64,000 nucleotides of DNA from a virus (IMGVR_UViG_3300032050_000049:30621-94620), one strand, 5' to 3'; shown: positions 30,321 to 40,386, counted from the first letter of the stretch. Translations and numbers: made by a program. Notes: a model not told the origin generated them from the sequence alone.

Positions 30321-30541
30321 TCTGTTAGCTCACGTTCTTCTACTGAATAATTATGACTTTCTTTGTACATATCACAATATTTCTGAGCATTTTCTTTTTT
30401 GAGATATACCTTCTCAATTGCCAGATCGTTTCCTCTATATGACATAATGAGGTATACCTTAAGTTTTGGTGGTTCTACTGTCATAGCAGTCAATAGAATT
30501 GCTGTTAGCCCCCCCACTATAATTTTATTAAAACGATTCAT
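30317..30541 (-). CDS. Hypothetical membrane-anchored protein (74 aa)
   Basis: N-terminal hydrophobic segment. Confidence 0.4.
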   Translation of the reverse strand: MNRFNKIIVGGLTAILLTAMTVEPPKLKVYLIMSYRGNDLAIEKVYLKKENAQKYCDMYKESHNYSVEERELTE

Positions 30542-30746
30542 ACTTACTTAGTTTGTTTTTATAACGTTGAATTGTAATGTGATCTTCATCCATATGATTG
30601 TTAGCTTTAACGATTTCTTTACTGAATCGTTCCACTTCATCACACAGATAACGAATGTCTTCACACAGTTTTGCATCAAGCAAATTATTGCAGTTGTAAC
30701 TTGTGAACTGTCGTAGTCTACTAATTACTTCTTGGTTAGTCTTCAT
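30528..30746 (-). CDS. Hypothetical protein (72 aa)
   Basis: ORF. Confidence 0.4.
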   Translation of the reverse strand: MKTNQEVISRLRQFTSYNCNNLLDAKLCEDIRYLCDEVERFSKEIVKANNHMDEDHITIQRYKNKLSKYESF

Positions 30747-30927
30747 TGGTTCTGTAAATTACTTTATCAATGGTAATACCCTTCTTGGAAGATTTGGGTC
30801 CATATAAAGCACCCCATTGATTTCTGCTATTGATATAAGTCATTAAATCTTTTTTAATAACTTCCGCATCCAAATCATTGAAATTTGGTGGTAGATTAAT
30901 TTTTAAATAATATTTTGGATCACTCAT
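30736..30927 (-). CDS. Hypothetical protein (63 aa)
   Basis: ORF. Confidence 0.4.
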   Translation of the reverse strand: MSDPKYYLKINLPPNFNDLDAEVIKKDLMTYINSRNQWGALYGPKSSKKGITIDKVIYRTNED

Positions 30928-30931
30928 AATT

Positions 30932-31129
30932 TTACCAGTGATGAATAATGTTTGCGATAATGAAAGCGCATGTAATAAAGTTTACCAGAACAATGATAAA
31001 TCTCAAGAAAAAACTAGCAAGAGCATAACTTACAGGCAATACAGGCACATCAGGCTTGCATTCATCTGTATGACCTACACGATGGTCAATAGTACGTGCT
31101 AGAGTTAAAAAAAACTTATTGGTTGTCAT
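30932..31129 (-). CDS. Hypothetical membrane protein (65 aa)
   Basis: C-terminal hydrophobic segment. Confidence 0.35.
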   Translation of the reverse strand: MTTNKFFLTLARTIDHRVGHTDECKPDVPVLPVSYALASFFLRFIIVLVNFITCAFIIANIIHHW

Positions 31130-31207
31130 CTTTTGTTAAAATAAAAAATCCACTGATTATTAAAATTAATCCAATAAAACACAATACATAATATAGTGTA
31201 TCAACAT

Positions 31208-31417
31208 TCATATAATGAGAAACCTTACAATTTGCAGATCACCATCAGCGTTCTTGGTTTCAAGAATTACATCAGGATTTGGACGATCACAGCTAAGATA
31301 AACCTTAGCATTAGGTATATTTAGTTCCTTAATCATCTTCTTTTCCACTGCGTTTTTAACCCATTCAATAATTTCTGATGTTTTTACAATAGTCATATAA
31401 TTTAATTTCCCATCCAA
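31208..31417 (-). CDS. Hypothetical protein (69 aa)
   Basis: ORF. Confidence 0.4.
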   Translation of the reverse strand: MDGKLNYMTIVKTSEIIEWVKNAVEKKMIKELNIPNAKVYLSCDRPNPDVILETKNADGDLQIVRFLII

Positions 31418-31605
31418 TTACTTACATTCTCTGGTCCATTTGATGTATGAATACCCAAATACTTTACCTTGGTCAAATCCATAGGCATCTTGATGCGTTT
31501 CCAATCCCATAGGGCTGGTAGATCACTATCATCAACAGCTTCCCATTCAATTTCCAATACAATTTTAGCAGATTTAGTTTTATTATTCATAACTTTCACG
31601 GTCAA
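31402..31605 (-). CDS. Hypothetical protein (67 aa)
   Basis: ORF. Confidence 0.4.
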   Translation of the reverse strand: MTVKVMNNKTKSAKIVLEIEWEAVDDSDLPALWDWKRIKMPMDLTKVKYLGIHTSNGPENVSNWMGN

Positions 31606-32680
31606 TGTTTGTCACATACGGAAATCTGGGCAGTTCATCACCAGGTGTAAGATTAAAATATTTCACCGTAGCACTCTTTCCAATAAGTTTATTTTTATTC
31701 TTCAAGAGTTCTTTTAGATATTCCCGAGTGCCTTTGATATTACTATGGAACTCAATTCCCTTATGATTCTTGAATACCATATATCCAGCCATACCACTCT
31801 TGTTGCCTATTCCTTCAACAATATCAAGAATTTTGAATTCACTATCTTGAAATTCTTTACGCTTGAGTAGGTATTTACTGCGCTTGTTTTCATATGGCCC
31901 ATCGGTACGAACCATCTGACCTTCGTAACCTTCGTCAATGTACTTTTCATACAACTCATTCAAATGTGTAATCGTGTCCACAAGGTGAGTCGGAACACGA
32001 CGAACCACATTGTTATTAACAAGATAAGTAGTAATGTCAGCATTACGATCACTAAAAGTCTTCTGTACAATCCAGTCATATACCCAATATTGAATATTCT
32101 TTGCACTCTCAGTCAAATCTTCTGGTGTAGGTTTGGTCTTCTTTACCAAACTACAAATAGCATTAAAATCATTGGCAAACTTATCCGCATACAACTCACC
32201 ATCAAGAATTGCATTTGGGAATTTAACAAAGAAATCCTTCAATGCTACCAATACGTGAGGAGCTGAAACAATAGGTTTACCATTACGACTCCACATACCA
32301 TCTTTCTTTACAACACAACGAATGCCATCCAACTTGGGTTGACTATAAACAGGATACTTCAAATCATCCTTATAATCGTCATAGTTCTTTGCCAACATTG
32401 GCTCAGTAAAACTAACTCCATCAATATCCGTGATTTTTTCAAAGTAACCACTTTCTTTCTTTTTCTTCCAAGTGGCTTTGGCTTCTTTTACAGCTTGATC
32501 TTCATTGGAAGTAGCATTCTTTTTGCCGGTATTTTTACCAACACAAAGAGTCCATTCTGTAATTTGAATAGCCCCATCAAGCTGACCATAATGGGTACGA
32601 TACTTGTTGCCATCAACTTCGATGGTCCAAGTTTGAATAGCACCCGTATTTGTACGGGCGAATAACATAGGTAGTTTCAT
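31583..32680 (-). CDS. ATP-dependent DNA ligase (small, T7- or Chlorella-virus-sized)
   Basis: Motif I 'KLDGIRCV' (KxDG). 365 aa with adenylation and OB-fold layout. Confidence 0.75.
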   Translation of the reverse strand: MKLPMLFARTNTGAIQTWTIEVDGNKYRTHYGQLDGAIQITEWTLCVGKNTGKKNATSNEDQAVKEAKATWKKKKESGYFEKITDIDGVSFTEPMLAKNYDDYKDDLKYPVYSQPKLDGIRCVVKKDGMWSRNGKPIVSAPHVLVALKDFFVKFPNAILDGELYADKFANDFNAICSLVKKTKPTPEDLTESAKNIQYWVYDWIVQKTFSDRNADITTYLVNNNVVRRVPTHLVDTITHLNELYEKYIDEGYEGQMVRTDGPYENKRSKYLLKRKEFQDSEFKILDIVEGIGNKSGMAGYMVFKNHKGIEFHSNIKGTREYLKELLKNKNKLIGKSATVKYFNLTPGDELPRFPYVTNIDRESYE

Positions 32681-32720
32681 ATCTTATATAATATTACCAC
32701 GGTGCAATAAAAAAGTCAAG
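32678..32720 (-). promoter_or_regulatory. Sigma70-like promoter TTGACT-17-TAATAT, 10 nt before the DNA-ligase ATG
   Basis: Minus strand: CTTGACTT TTTTATTGCACCGTGG TAATAT TATATAAGAT ATG. Confidence 0.6.
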
Positions 32721-32742
32721 GAGATTTTCATCGTCCTTGACT
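32708..32742 (-). terminator. Intrinsic terminator downstream of the DUF262 gene, overlapping the DNA-ligase promoter
   Basis: Stem GTCAAGGA/TCCTTGAC with an 11-nt loop; T-tract on the minus strand. Confidence 0.6.
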
Positions 32743-32752
32743 TTGGTGTGGT

Positions 32753-33934
32753 TTAAGCAGAAACCGTGTTGATTTTTGTTTTATACTTATAAACTGCGGT
32801 TACGTTTTCGTCTGTCATTACCTTTGACTTGACCAAACCATTGGAAAGCAATTCATATCGCTTTTGACACTTTGGTGTTTCTCGTCCACGAAGCAATGCT
32901 GCATATGTCATTTTTTTGTCACCAACCTTATGATCAGCTTCTGGATTCTTCTTTAGAAGAGCGTTGATTTCCACAAACTTATACATAAACGTCTTTACAT
33001 CCTTGATCTGATTGCGATGACGGTGATAAAACACGAACAAATCAAATACAGTTTGCTTACTTAGCTTCATACCGTCCTTGAATACATCTTCATTTGGAGC
33101 GACCCACGTATTGAAGAAGTTGTCTACATCATTTTTAAAAAGAGATGACTTGCTGTTTAGCTCAGATCCATCTTCGTATTCACTGCGAAGAATGCCATCA
33201 CTAATATTCTTCTTGAATCCAAAACTATGAAAGAATGCCATACCAGCAAATTGCGAGTCAATCTTACGACGGTTATAATCTTGTTCTGAAAAGATCGAAA
33301 GAATCCAACTACGTGTAGTGAAATCCCGATAATATCTTTCGCCAAATTCACGACAAATCTTTGAAATTGGACTAATAATAGCATTACGCTTTTCAGCCGC
33401 GTTCAATTCACATCCACTATTTACAGCGATGAAAATATCACTCAATTGTGAACGAGTTGCATTGGTATATACTTGAACTGTGATGGTACGAGTTAGAATG
33501 AAATCTTTAACTGATTCACTCAGATCCGCCCATCGTTGGTCACGCTTGATGGTAAACTTATTGTCCAGTTCATCTGAATATGTTCCAGCACGCAATTCAA
33601 GTTGATTTGTAAACAACAAACGCAACGTAGTAAAACGGTTGTTACTATCCAAATTGAGATAGTTAGCTCCCTTGGAAAGCCAACCAGAGTAATAGTTGAT
33701 ATCTTCTGCCAACATTGCACTCTTTCTACATTCAGGAACGTCAGCAAAAATAAACTTGCTTGGAGCAATTCCCTTAAGCAAATTGTGGAGATAACTGCGT
33801 GACTTTGTTGCATCCCAACGAGCGGGACTCTGAAAACTATCGTCGATAAACACACTATCGAGAAACTTCTTTGCATTAGAAAGTTCCCAGTTTTCGGTTG
33901 TGGACTTAACCATCTTTTGATTGTTATTAATCAT
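32753..33934 (-). CDS. DUF262/ParB-like nuclease-NTPase-domain protein
   Basis: 'NLDSNNRFTTL' resembles the DGQQR(L)TT motif of DUF262 and GmrSD N-domains. No HNH C-domain seen. Confidence 0.5.
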   Translation of the reverse strand: MINNNQKMVKSTTENWELSNAKKFLDSVFIDDSFQSPARWDATKSRSYLHNLLKGIAPSKFIFADVPECRKSAMLAEDINYYSGWLSKGANYLNLDSNNRFTTLRLLFTNQLELRAGTYSDELDNKFTIKRDQRWADLSESVKDFILTRTITVQVYTNATRSQLSDIFIAVNSGCELNAAEKRNAIISPISKICREFGERYYRDFTTRSWILSIFSEQDYNRRKIDSQFAGMAFFHSFGFKKNISDGILRSEYEDGSELNSKSSLFKNDVDNFFNTWVAPNEDVFKDGMKLSKQTVFDLFVFYHRHRNQIKDVKTFMYKFVEINALLKKNPEADHKVGDKKMTYAALLRGRETPKCQKRYELLSNGLVKSKVMTDENVTAVYKYKTKINTVSA

Positions 33935-34085
33935 ATTACTTTTTATTTTTTATACTGGAATTTTTGGTTATGACATAATTGTCTAATTAATAATTTTTAT
34001 CTCAGACAGCGTAATTGCTTTTTGGATTCAAATTATCAGTCGTGAACCAGTTACTCACAACAAAATCATCTTATCAGTTGTTTCT

Positions 34086-34607
34086 TTAAAAGTCAAGCGG
34101 AACATTGAGCGTTTTCCAAAACTTTTCGTTGAGAATTTTTATAGGTACTTCGTTTTTTAGCTCAAAATTAGGATGTTCATACACATAATCGAGCAAAGTT
34201 TTTGCTGAAATGTAAAACAACACAATTTTATCACTACACAATTTGGTGCAAAAATACCCACCATTGTTAAGAACTTCAGCTTTATCTTCCCAAATCAATT
34301 TTTTCAAATTGCCCGATGTATGTCCCAGATAAATTGTGTTTGTTGGAGATACACGACGAATGTCTACACGAACAGTGGGGTCATTTGTCAATTCAAAATC
34401 CCACTTACTATTTGCTGGACTCTTTTTGATATTGGTATATTCGCTTTTGGTGGTCAAATAATCCAATATCATTCGTTCAATTAGTTCACCACATCCGCCT
34501 ATTTTAACTTGATTGTAAACATAATCGTTGATCATCTTATAGCGTTTTAATTCTTTAAGATAAATTTCACCCATATTATATACTTCAGATTTGAATTCAA
34601 TATTCAT
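34086..34607 (-). CDS. Hypothetical protein (173 aa)
   Basis: ORF. Confidence 0.5.
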   Translation of the reverse strand: MNIEFKSEVYNMGEIYLKELKRYKMINDYVYNQVKIGGCGELIERMILDYLTTKSEYTNIKKSPANSKWDFELTNDPTVRVDIRRVSPTNTIYLGHTSGNLKKLIWEDKAEVLNNGGYFCTKLCSDKIVLFYISAKTLLDYVYEHPNFELKNEVPIKILNEKFWKTLNVPLDF

Positions 34608-34609
34608 TT

Positions 34610-35035
34610 TTAATTTTTTACAATTTCACCCTTAGCATCACTATACCACACTTCACCCACATTAAATTGCTTGACCACACTTTGACAACCACAACACGGC
34701 TTGCTGTTGTTCAACTTACCCGTTCGATCCACTCTAAGTACAACCATTTTAAAATCACTCAGATTCTCACGACCACTCTTCATACACACACTCAACTCAG
34801 CGTGAAGTCCAACAAGCTGATGGTTTTTATAATCATATTCCAAAGTCTTGGGATGACTCTTACAGCTGTTTGTACCAATATGTACAATTTTACCACATCG
34901 AATCAAAAAAGCTATATGACTACACCTATGCTCAATGTTGAGCGGACACATAGCCTTAGCAATGTCAATGGTACGCTTCAGAATCTTGCTGTTCATTACT
35001 AAACTCATACTACCATCGACTTTATAAAAAATCAA
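34610..35035 (-). CDS. CDA-fold zinc deaminase (cytidine, dCMP or tRNA deaminase-like)
   Basis: 'HAELSV' ... 'PCCGCQ' (H-A-E / PCxxC). Confidence 0.6.
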   Translation of the reverse strand: MIFYKVDGSMSLVMNSKILKRTIDIAKAMCPLNIEHRCSHIAFLIRCGKIVHIGTNSCKSHPKTLEYDYKNHQLVGLHAELSVCMKSGRENLSDFKMVVLRVDRTGKLNNSKPCCGCQSVVKQFNVGEVWYSDAKGEIVKN

Positions 35036-35086
35036 CTACATTTTTTATATTTTGAAATTTTGAGGTAGTTGTGATATGATATATTT

Positions 35087-35794
35087 ATGGAAAACCTTTA
35101 TGTTGAAAAAATACACAATTCGATTGCCAAAGAATTGATTGTTAAACATCATTATACACACAAGTGGACCATAGCCGAGTTGTGTATCGGAATTTACGAC
35201 AAAAGCAAACGTAGTGTATTTTTTGACGTTCCTACGCTGGTTGGCGCAGTTGTATTTGGACCCACTGCTGGCGCAAATGTGGCTAGAAGTGTGTCTCCAC
35301 TATTAAATCATTCCAATTTATGGGAATTGAAACGATTGTGGGTAGCAGATGAATTGGGTAAAAATACTGAAAGTTGGGTTATTGGTCAATGTTTGAAATA
35401 TATCAAACAACATCACAGTGAAATAAAGTGTTTGATCAGTTATGCTGATCCTGATGCTGGACACATTGGTACCATATATCAAGCTACCAATTGGCTGTAT
35501 CAAGATATTGAAAGACGCAAAGGCACTAGTGGTTATATTGTTAGTTTTGACGGTGGTATTAAATGGCAACACTCACGTACATTATTCAACAAATATGGAA
35601 CATTCAACTATAATAAATTGGTGGAAGTGTTACCCAGACCATTTAAGATCAAAGAATTATCAGTTAAAGAACGATATATTTATCCTTTGGGAAGCAAAGT
35701 GGAAAAGAAAAATCTGATTAAAAGTTTGAATTATCCCATTATAGAATATCCCAAACTCAAATCAGATAAAGAAACTGTAGTGGAATTTAATTAA
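35087..35794 (+). CDS. Hypothetical protein on the opposite strand within the minus block; weak GNAT/Mom-like resemblance (speculative)
   Basis: 'KHHYTHKW', 'WELKRLWVADELGKN'; orientation anomaly. Confidence 0.55.
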   Translation: MENLYVEKIHNSIAKELIVKHHYTHKWTIAELCIGIYDKSKRSVFFDVPTLVGAVVFGPTAGANVARSVSPLLNHSNLWELKRLWVADELGKNTESWVIGQCLKYIKQHHSEIKCLISYADPDAGHIGTIYQATNWLYQDIERRKGTSGYIVSFDGGIKWQHSRTLFNKYGTFNYNKLVEVLPRPFKIKELSVKERYIYPLGSKVEKKNLIKSLNYPIIEYPKLKSDKETVVEFN

Positions 35795-36635
35795 TAATCT
35801 TCAACTGAATGTTGCCAAGTGTAAGATTTTGCACAATAACATTGTTTGCACTCAAAAACTCATACTTGCTTTCAACTCGCTTTACTTTACGATTACCCTT
35901 TTTGCTCTTACGATACACAATAACACCACCACTATAACTGTTGATAATCATCTGCGCAACAGTCTTACGCCATTCATAAGCTGAAAAATTACCAACAGTA
36001 TCAATCAAAATATTACCAGCCACATTGTTCTTAAAATTGTCGTTGGTTTTGATCATAGTCAACAAGGTATCAAACAATTCAAAATCAGAGCTTGAAAATT
36101 CAGTGACCTTTTTACGAAAATATTGATTAAAATATTTGGTAATATCACTATCAACAAAATAGGTATTCAAAATTTTATCACAAAAAGATCGAATTGTAAC
36201 AAGCTCATTGTACTTGTCAGTAACATTGCCACGGGTTTTGATAGCAAAATCAATGATGCCACTTTCTTTCTTCAATTCATAAGACTTATCACCCAACGTA
36301 ACATCTCCAGTCTCACCACGCTTGATGATGCTCTTTCTTGAATTGGCAATCATCAAAAATACAGACAACTCACCACGACCAGTCTGATGCTTGATGTTTT
36401 CAGGTGACGCAAGCACATTGTCAATTTTATGTGCATCACTATTAACATCATTCACCTCTTTGAGAAATGTGTCTACGTTGTCAAATTGCGGAATGCTGTT
36501 GATACCAATATTGGTCAAAGACGCAACCAAAGTGTCAATTTTGGATTGATGTGATTGAGTCTTGAGCTTGTCAAGACCATTTTTGATTTGATCGCTAAAA
36601 AAAGTGGTAGAATTGGTGCTCATTACAAGAACCAA
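35787..36635 (-). CDS. Hypothetical protein (282 aa)
   Basis: ORF. Confidence 0.5.
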   Translation of the reverse strand: MVLVMSTNSTTFFSDQIKNGLDKLKTQSHQSKIDTLVASLTNIGINSIPQFDNVDTFLKEVNDVNSDAHKIDNVLASPENIKHQTGRGELSVFLMIANSRKSIIKRGETGDVTLGDKSYELKKESGIIDFAIKTRGNVTDKYNELVTIRSFCDKILNTYFVDSDITKYFNQYFRKKVTEFSSSDFELFDTLLTMIKTNDNFKNNVAGNILIDTVGNFSAYEWRKTVAQMIINSYSGGVIVYRKSKKGNRKVKRVESKYEFLSANNVIVQNLTLGNIQLKIIN

Positions 36636-36665
36636 TCTACCACACTTTTTTCAAATGTCAACAGC

Positions 36666-37046
36666 TTATTTTAAGACTTTATGGGTAATCATACTAATAA
36701 TAAGCGTATCGGAGAGTGAACCAGTTTGTGTATTTTTCATATGATCGTTAAACTGATTATAAACAGTTCTAAACACAGATATGTTATTTAAATCTTTAAC
36801 AGTTGCCTTTTTTCCATTTTCTAAATAACCAGTAATCAACGTAGAATATCGTTTTTTAACAGCTTCCTTTGTGGAAAATTCATCTACAAAAACTGTTTTT
36901 TTACGTCTAACCTTCAACATCTCTTTATCATTACGGTTAACAATCTCAAATGTAAGACCTTTACATTTATCAATTGGAACAGGCGGAAAAGTTTTTAACA
37001 TTTCCCACCAAATTTCAAATTTTTGATTTAACTGATGTTTATTCAT
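36666..37046 (-). CDS. Hypothetical protein (126 aa)
   Basis: ORF. Confidence 0.45.
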   Translation of the reverse strand: MNKHQLNQKFEIWWEMLKTFPPVPIDKCKGLTFEIVNRNDKEMLKVRRKKTVFVDEFSTKEAVKKRYSTLITGYLENGKKATVKDLNNISVFRTVYNQFNDHMKNTQTGSLSDTLIISMITHKVLK

Positions 37047-37053
37047 AATAATA

Positions 37054-37785
37054 TTATTTTAAAGCCTTATAATTGTTGATGGGTGTATGCTTTTTTGTAA
37101 GTAAATCCTGATCAAGTACATCAATAGCTTTCTTTTTAGACTTATAAAAAGCATTGGTCAATACACGAAGTTCATAGTCTTCAATATTATATCCCATCTT
37201 GATATACTTAACCAATCGTTTCAACGTAACACTTGGATAATTAATGCTCTTTGGATTGAACTTCAAATTGTTATTTTGAATCTGGTTCAATACATTTTCT
37301 TCAATAACTACATTGTTACCATCATAAGCAATACAACATAAATTGATATCAAATGACCTAAATAAATCTTCAATGGTATCAAAATACTTGAAACTCACAC
37401 ACTGAATCTTCCACTCTGTATCCATATAGGATATTACCATTGTATGATGCCACTCAGATACAATATAACTGTTGACACTATACTTACCAGTTGATAAAGC
37501 ATTGCTATTTAATTCAAGCAAATACTTATCCAATTGTTCTTTGTTCTTAAAAAAGACATCCACATCACTATCACTCAGTGGTAGTTTACGATAGGTTCTA
37601 TGTAAAGCACCCCCAGCAATCCAAGGTCCATCTTCATTACACTTGGGTAGAATCTCAATCAAATGTTCAAGTACACTACCAGTTGTCAAATGCTTTAGAA
37701 AAACATTCAACGACAGTTTATTTGTTTTAATTGGTACCACACATTCAGCTTGTGGCAGTTCTACGAATTTAACATCAGTTGACAT
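37054..37785 (-). CDS. Pol-beta-superfamily nucleotidyltransferase, CCA-adding / poly(A)-polymerase head-domain-like
   Basis: 'GGALHRTYRKLPLSDSDVDVFF' against the class II CCA signature 'GGAVRDxxLGLPxxDxD'. Confidence 0.55.
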   Translation of the reverse strand: MSTDVKFVELPQAECVVPIKTNKLSLNVFLKHLTTGSVLEHLIEILPKCNEDGPWIAGGALHRTYRKLPLSDSDVDVFFKNKEQLDKYLLELNSNALSTGKYSVNSYIVSEWHHTMVISYMDTEWKIQCVSFKYFDTIEDLFRSFDINLCCIAYDGNNVVIEENVLNQIQNNNLKFNPKSINYPSVTLKRLVKYIKMGYNIEDYELRVLTNAFYKSKKKAIDVLDQDLLTKKHTPINNYKALK

Positions 37786-38005
37786 AAATCTTCTTTAATA
37801 AATTTGGATAACAATTATCCTGATAAGTTTTGGTATTCTTTCCACTACTATAACTCAAACATACACTTTCGTCAAGTACAGGTTCAAACTTGTGTTTAGT
37901 CTTATAAAACATATTTACACTATTATTGGTACAAGTCTGATAAAAATCACAACGTACACTCATACACATACCCAGATCATTGGTCTTAATACTATACTTT
38001 TTCAT
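37775..38005 (-). CDS. Hypothetical Cys-containing small protein
   Basis: ORF. Confidence 0.35.
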   Translation of the reverse strand: MKKYSIKTNDLGMCMSVRCDFYQTCTNNSVNMFYKTKHKFEPVLDESVCLSYSSGKNTKTYQDNCYPNLLKKIYVN

Positions 38006-38045
38006 AAAAAAATAAGGGAGGTACTGTTATATACCTCCCTTTTGA

Positions 38046-39056
38046 TTATTCCTTACTTCCAAGTAGGTAAGTATTGCTAATAGCCTTGAAACTAAACTCC
38101 CGTTCAAGACCACGAACAACTACACCTTCACGGTCAACACCCATATTCAATACACTCTTACCTTCAGCATACTTCAACATATTATCAACCAAGTTTTCAT
38201 TGGGTAATACATATCCATACTTTTCAAGTACAGGTACCATTGGCACTTCCAACCTAAACAACAACCACTCCAGTTCATCAAAGAACATACGACGACCCTT
38301 ATCAATGTCATAACCAGTAAAGAAAAACAACTTGTGGTCGCTCAATCCATACAAATTACCATTGATATTTGAACCAATCAATTCTCCCTGAAGCGCAATG
38401 TTCTTGCCATACTTAGTCAACTTATCCTTCAACTCAAGCATATTAGCCATACGCCATAGACTATTGTCATTGGTTTCAGTCAACTCCCAATTACGTCCAC
38501 AAACACCAAATACACCATTATTGAAGTAACAAGTGAAACTAGTACCATCCAACTTCTCAGTGATATACACTCGTTCTCCAACAGGCACAAAACCAATGTC
38601 ACTTTCAAAGTTCTGAATACGAGTTTCATCCGTCTTTGGAATAAAACTAGGAAATGTACCCTTGATCTTTCCAGCCAATTGAGCAGGAATAGGAGGTTCA
38701 TACTTGACAATATCAAGAGCCTCTGTCAAATCATCACCTTCCTTTGGATCAATTATACCATCTGGAATTGGAGTCAATAGACCTTGACTCAATTGTCCAC
38801 GCAACTTGATGGTCTTAAGACGAAATCCTTCAGCGGTTCCCATACGCTTGAAACTACTCTTACGCAAGAATTCAAACTGAGGTCGGATAGGTAAGAAGCT
38901 GTCAATTTCATAATAAACAGCCAAGTCACCTACCTTATATTCTCCAACTTTCACGACTACATTCCACCCCTTTACCTTAGCCACAACAATGGCATCAGCA
39001 CCAACAATAGGTTGAATGTCAACAATCTTTACAACACTAGCTAACTTACGTTCCAT
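38046..39056 (-). CDS. ATP-dependent RNA ligase, DraRnl/DRB0094-like with N-terminal OB-like domain
   Basis: Motif I 'EKLDGTS'. N-terminus 'VVKIVDIQPIVGADAIVVAKVKGWNVVVKVGEYKVGDLAVYYEIDSFLP'. The ATG at 39054-39056 follows 'AAAGGA'; the ORF-track start at 39098 is a TTG overlapping the upstream gene. Confidence 0.65.
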   Translation of the reverse strand: MERKLASVVKIVDIQPIVGADAIVVAKVKGWNVVVKVGEYKVGDLAVYYEIDSFLPIRPQFEFLRKSSFKRMGTAEGFRLKTIKLRGQLSQGLLTPIPDGIIDPKEGDDLTEALDIVKYEPPIPAQLAGKIKGTFPSFIPKTDETRIQNFESDIGFVPVGERVYITEKLDGTSFTCYFNNGVFGVCGRNWELTETNDNSLWRMANMLELKDKLTKYGKNIALQGELIGSNINGNLYGLSDHKLFFFTGYDIDKGRRMFFDELEWLLFRLEVPMVPVLEKYGYVLPNENLVDNMLKYAEGKSVLNMGVDREGVVVRGLEREFSFKAISNTYLLGSKE

Positions 39057-39072
39057 ATTTATCCTTTCTAAA

Positions 39073-39390
39073 TTAATAAGAGTCAAACTCAACCTCAAGT
39101 GAATTGAAATTGATAGTAGACGGATCTACATTCAAATCAATACCACCATCAACAACAAAAACCTTCAAATCCTTCTTAATCTCGGTAGAAGGTCCACCAC
39201 TACAGCTACAACCAGAGCTATAACACCAAGTGACGTTACCATCCTTGTCTACACCAACACCCTCATAAGAGTGATGACCATAACCCCAATTCTCATTCTC
39301 AATCTCCTTGAAAATGACAACGATATCATCATCAAACTTGCTCTTAGGAAGAGCGTCCCAATTCTGTACAATGTAATCTACGATATTCAT
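39073..39390 (-). CDS. Hypothetical protein (105 aa)
   Basis: ORF with upstream promoter motif. Confidence 0.45.
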   Translation of the reverse strand: MNIVDYIVQNWDALPKSKFDDDIVVIFKEIENENWGYGHHSYEGVGVDKDGNVTWCYSSGCSCSGGPSTEIKKDLKVFVVDGGIDLNVDPSTINFNSLEVEFDSY

Positions 39391-39429
39391 TACTCATCTA
39401 AGTTACCACGGAGTTTATACAAAGTCAAC
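39388..39429 (-). promoter_or_regulatory. Promoter motif GTTGACTT-N-CCGTGGTAACTT before the 39073..39390 gene
   Basis: GTTGACTTTGTATAAACTCCGTGGTAACTTAGATGAGTA ATG. Confidence 0.5.
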
Positions 39430-39480
39430 AAAAAACCCGCAGAATTTCTTCAACGGGTCACCAATGTTACTTGTTATTTT

Positions 39481-40386
39481 TTACTTGTTGGTACTTCCAA
39501 TATTAATGAATGGAACAACACCTCCACCATTATACACCGGCAACTTACCATCCCACCTCTGAAGTGCTTCATACTGAACCAGTGACGGAGTTAGTGACTG
39601 TGCCAACACAAGGTTAGCTTTTGCTTGAGCCTCTGCCTTTAGAGCAATACTCCTTGCTTCACCTTCCGCCTTAGCAATATTACTTTCCTTCTCACCACGA
39701 GCCTTTTCAATCACTTGATCTGCCTCTGCCTTTGACTGCTTGACCTTAGTCTCAGCCTCAATAGCACGTTGTGATGCTTCAAGTACTGCATTGATACGTG
39801 CCTGAACACTTTGATCTACACGAAGACCACCGTGGAAGCTAATCAACTCAAACTTGAATCCCTTGGGGCCAAGATGGGCATTGAGATTGCTCTTTACATT
39901 GTCAAGAAGGTACTGCTTACGTTCACCAAAGATATCACTAGCTTTCATTGTACTAGCAACTCGGTTGAATGCATTATTGATTTCATTCCGCATAAATCCG
40001 TGGGTAATAACGTCTGGATCTTGTCGGAACTCAACAAAGATTTGTGGAACCTTATCTGCCACAAATGTATAAGCAAGTGCAATATCTGCATTAACTACTG
40101 CACCCTCAATACTATTGAATGTAACACTATCATCACCGGGACTTTCCTTTGAACCAGCTGCCCTATCCCACACAGCATTTTGCATAAATGTGGGGAACTT
40201 ATAGATATCTTCTGTAAGAGGATTATAGAAGACACCACCAGTCACAAGAGGAAAGTCATTGACTCCCTTCTGACTACCCCACTGATTTACCTTGATGCCA
40301 ACATAACCAGGTTCAACCCTGTCACAACCAGTAAAGGTTGAAATGGCGACGATACCAGCAATAATACTAACAATGTTCTTATTCAT
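39481..40386 (-). CDS. SPFH/band-7 (HflK/C-, prohibitin-like) domain lipoprotein
   Basis: Signal peptide plus lipobox 'STFTGC'. SPFH core and C-terminal 'AEGEARSIALKAEAQAKA' coiled-coil. Confidence 0.55.
   Translation of the reverse strand: MNKNIVSIIAGIVAISTFTGCDRVEPGYVGIKVNQWGSQKGVNDFPLVTGGVFYNPLTEDIYKFPTFMQNAVWDRAAGSKESPGDDSVTFNSIEGAVVNADIALAYTFVADKVPQIFVEFRQDPDVITHGFMRNEINNAFNRVASTMKASDIFGERKQYLLDNVKSNLNAHLGPKGFKFELISFHGGLRVDQSVQARINAVLEASQRAIEAETKVKQSKAEADQVIEKARGEKESNIAKAEGEARSIALKAEAQAKANLVLAQSLTPSLVQYEALQRWDGKLPVYNGGGVVPFINIGSTNK

Noticed and set aside
31964-32665. Plus-strand ORFs (100 and 108 aa) inside the DNA ligase gene
   Set aside because: They lie antisense within a well-supported ligase CDS and have hydrophobic low-complexity translations.
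34086-34100. An additional 'AAGTCAAG' occurrence as a promoter for the DUF262 gene
   Set aside because: It lies about 156 nt from the next ATG, has no matching -10 element at 17-nt spacing, and coincides with the C-terminal 'LDF' codons of the upstream gene.
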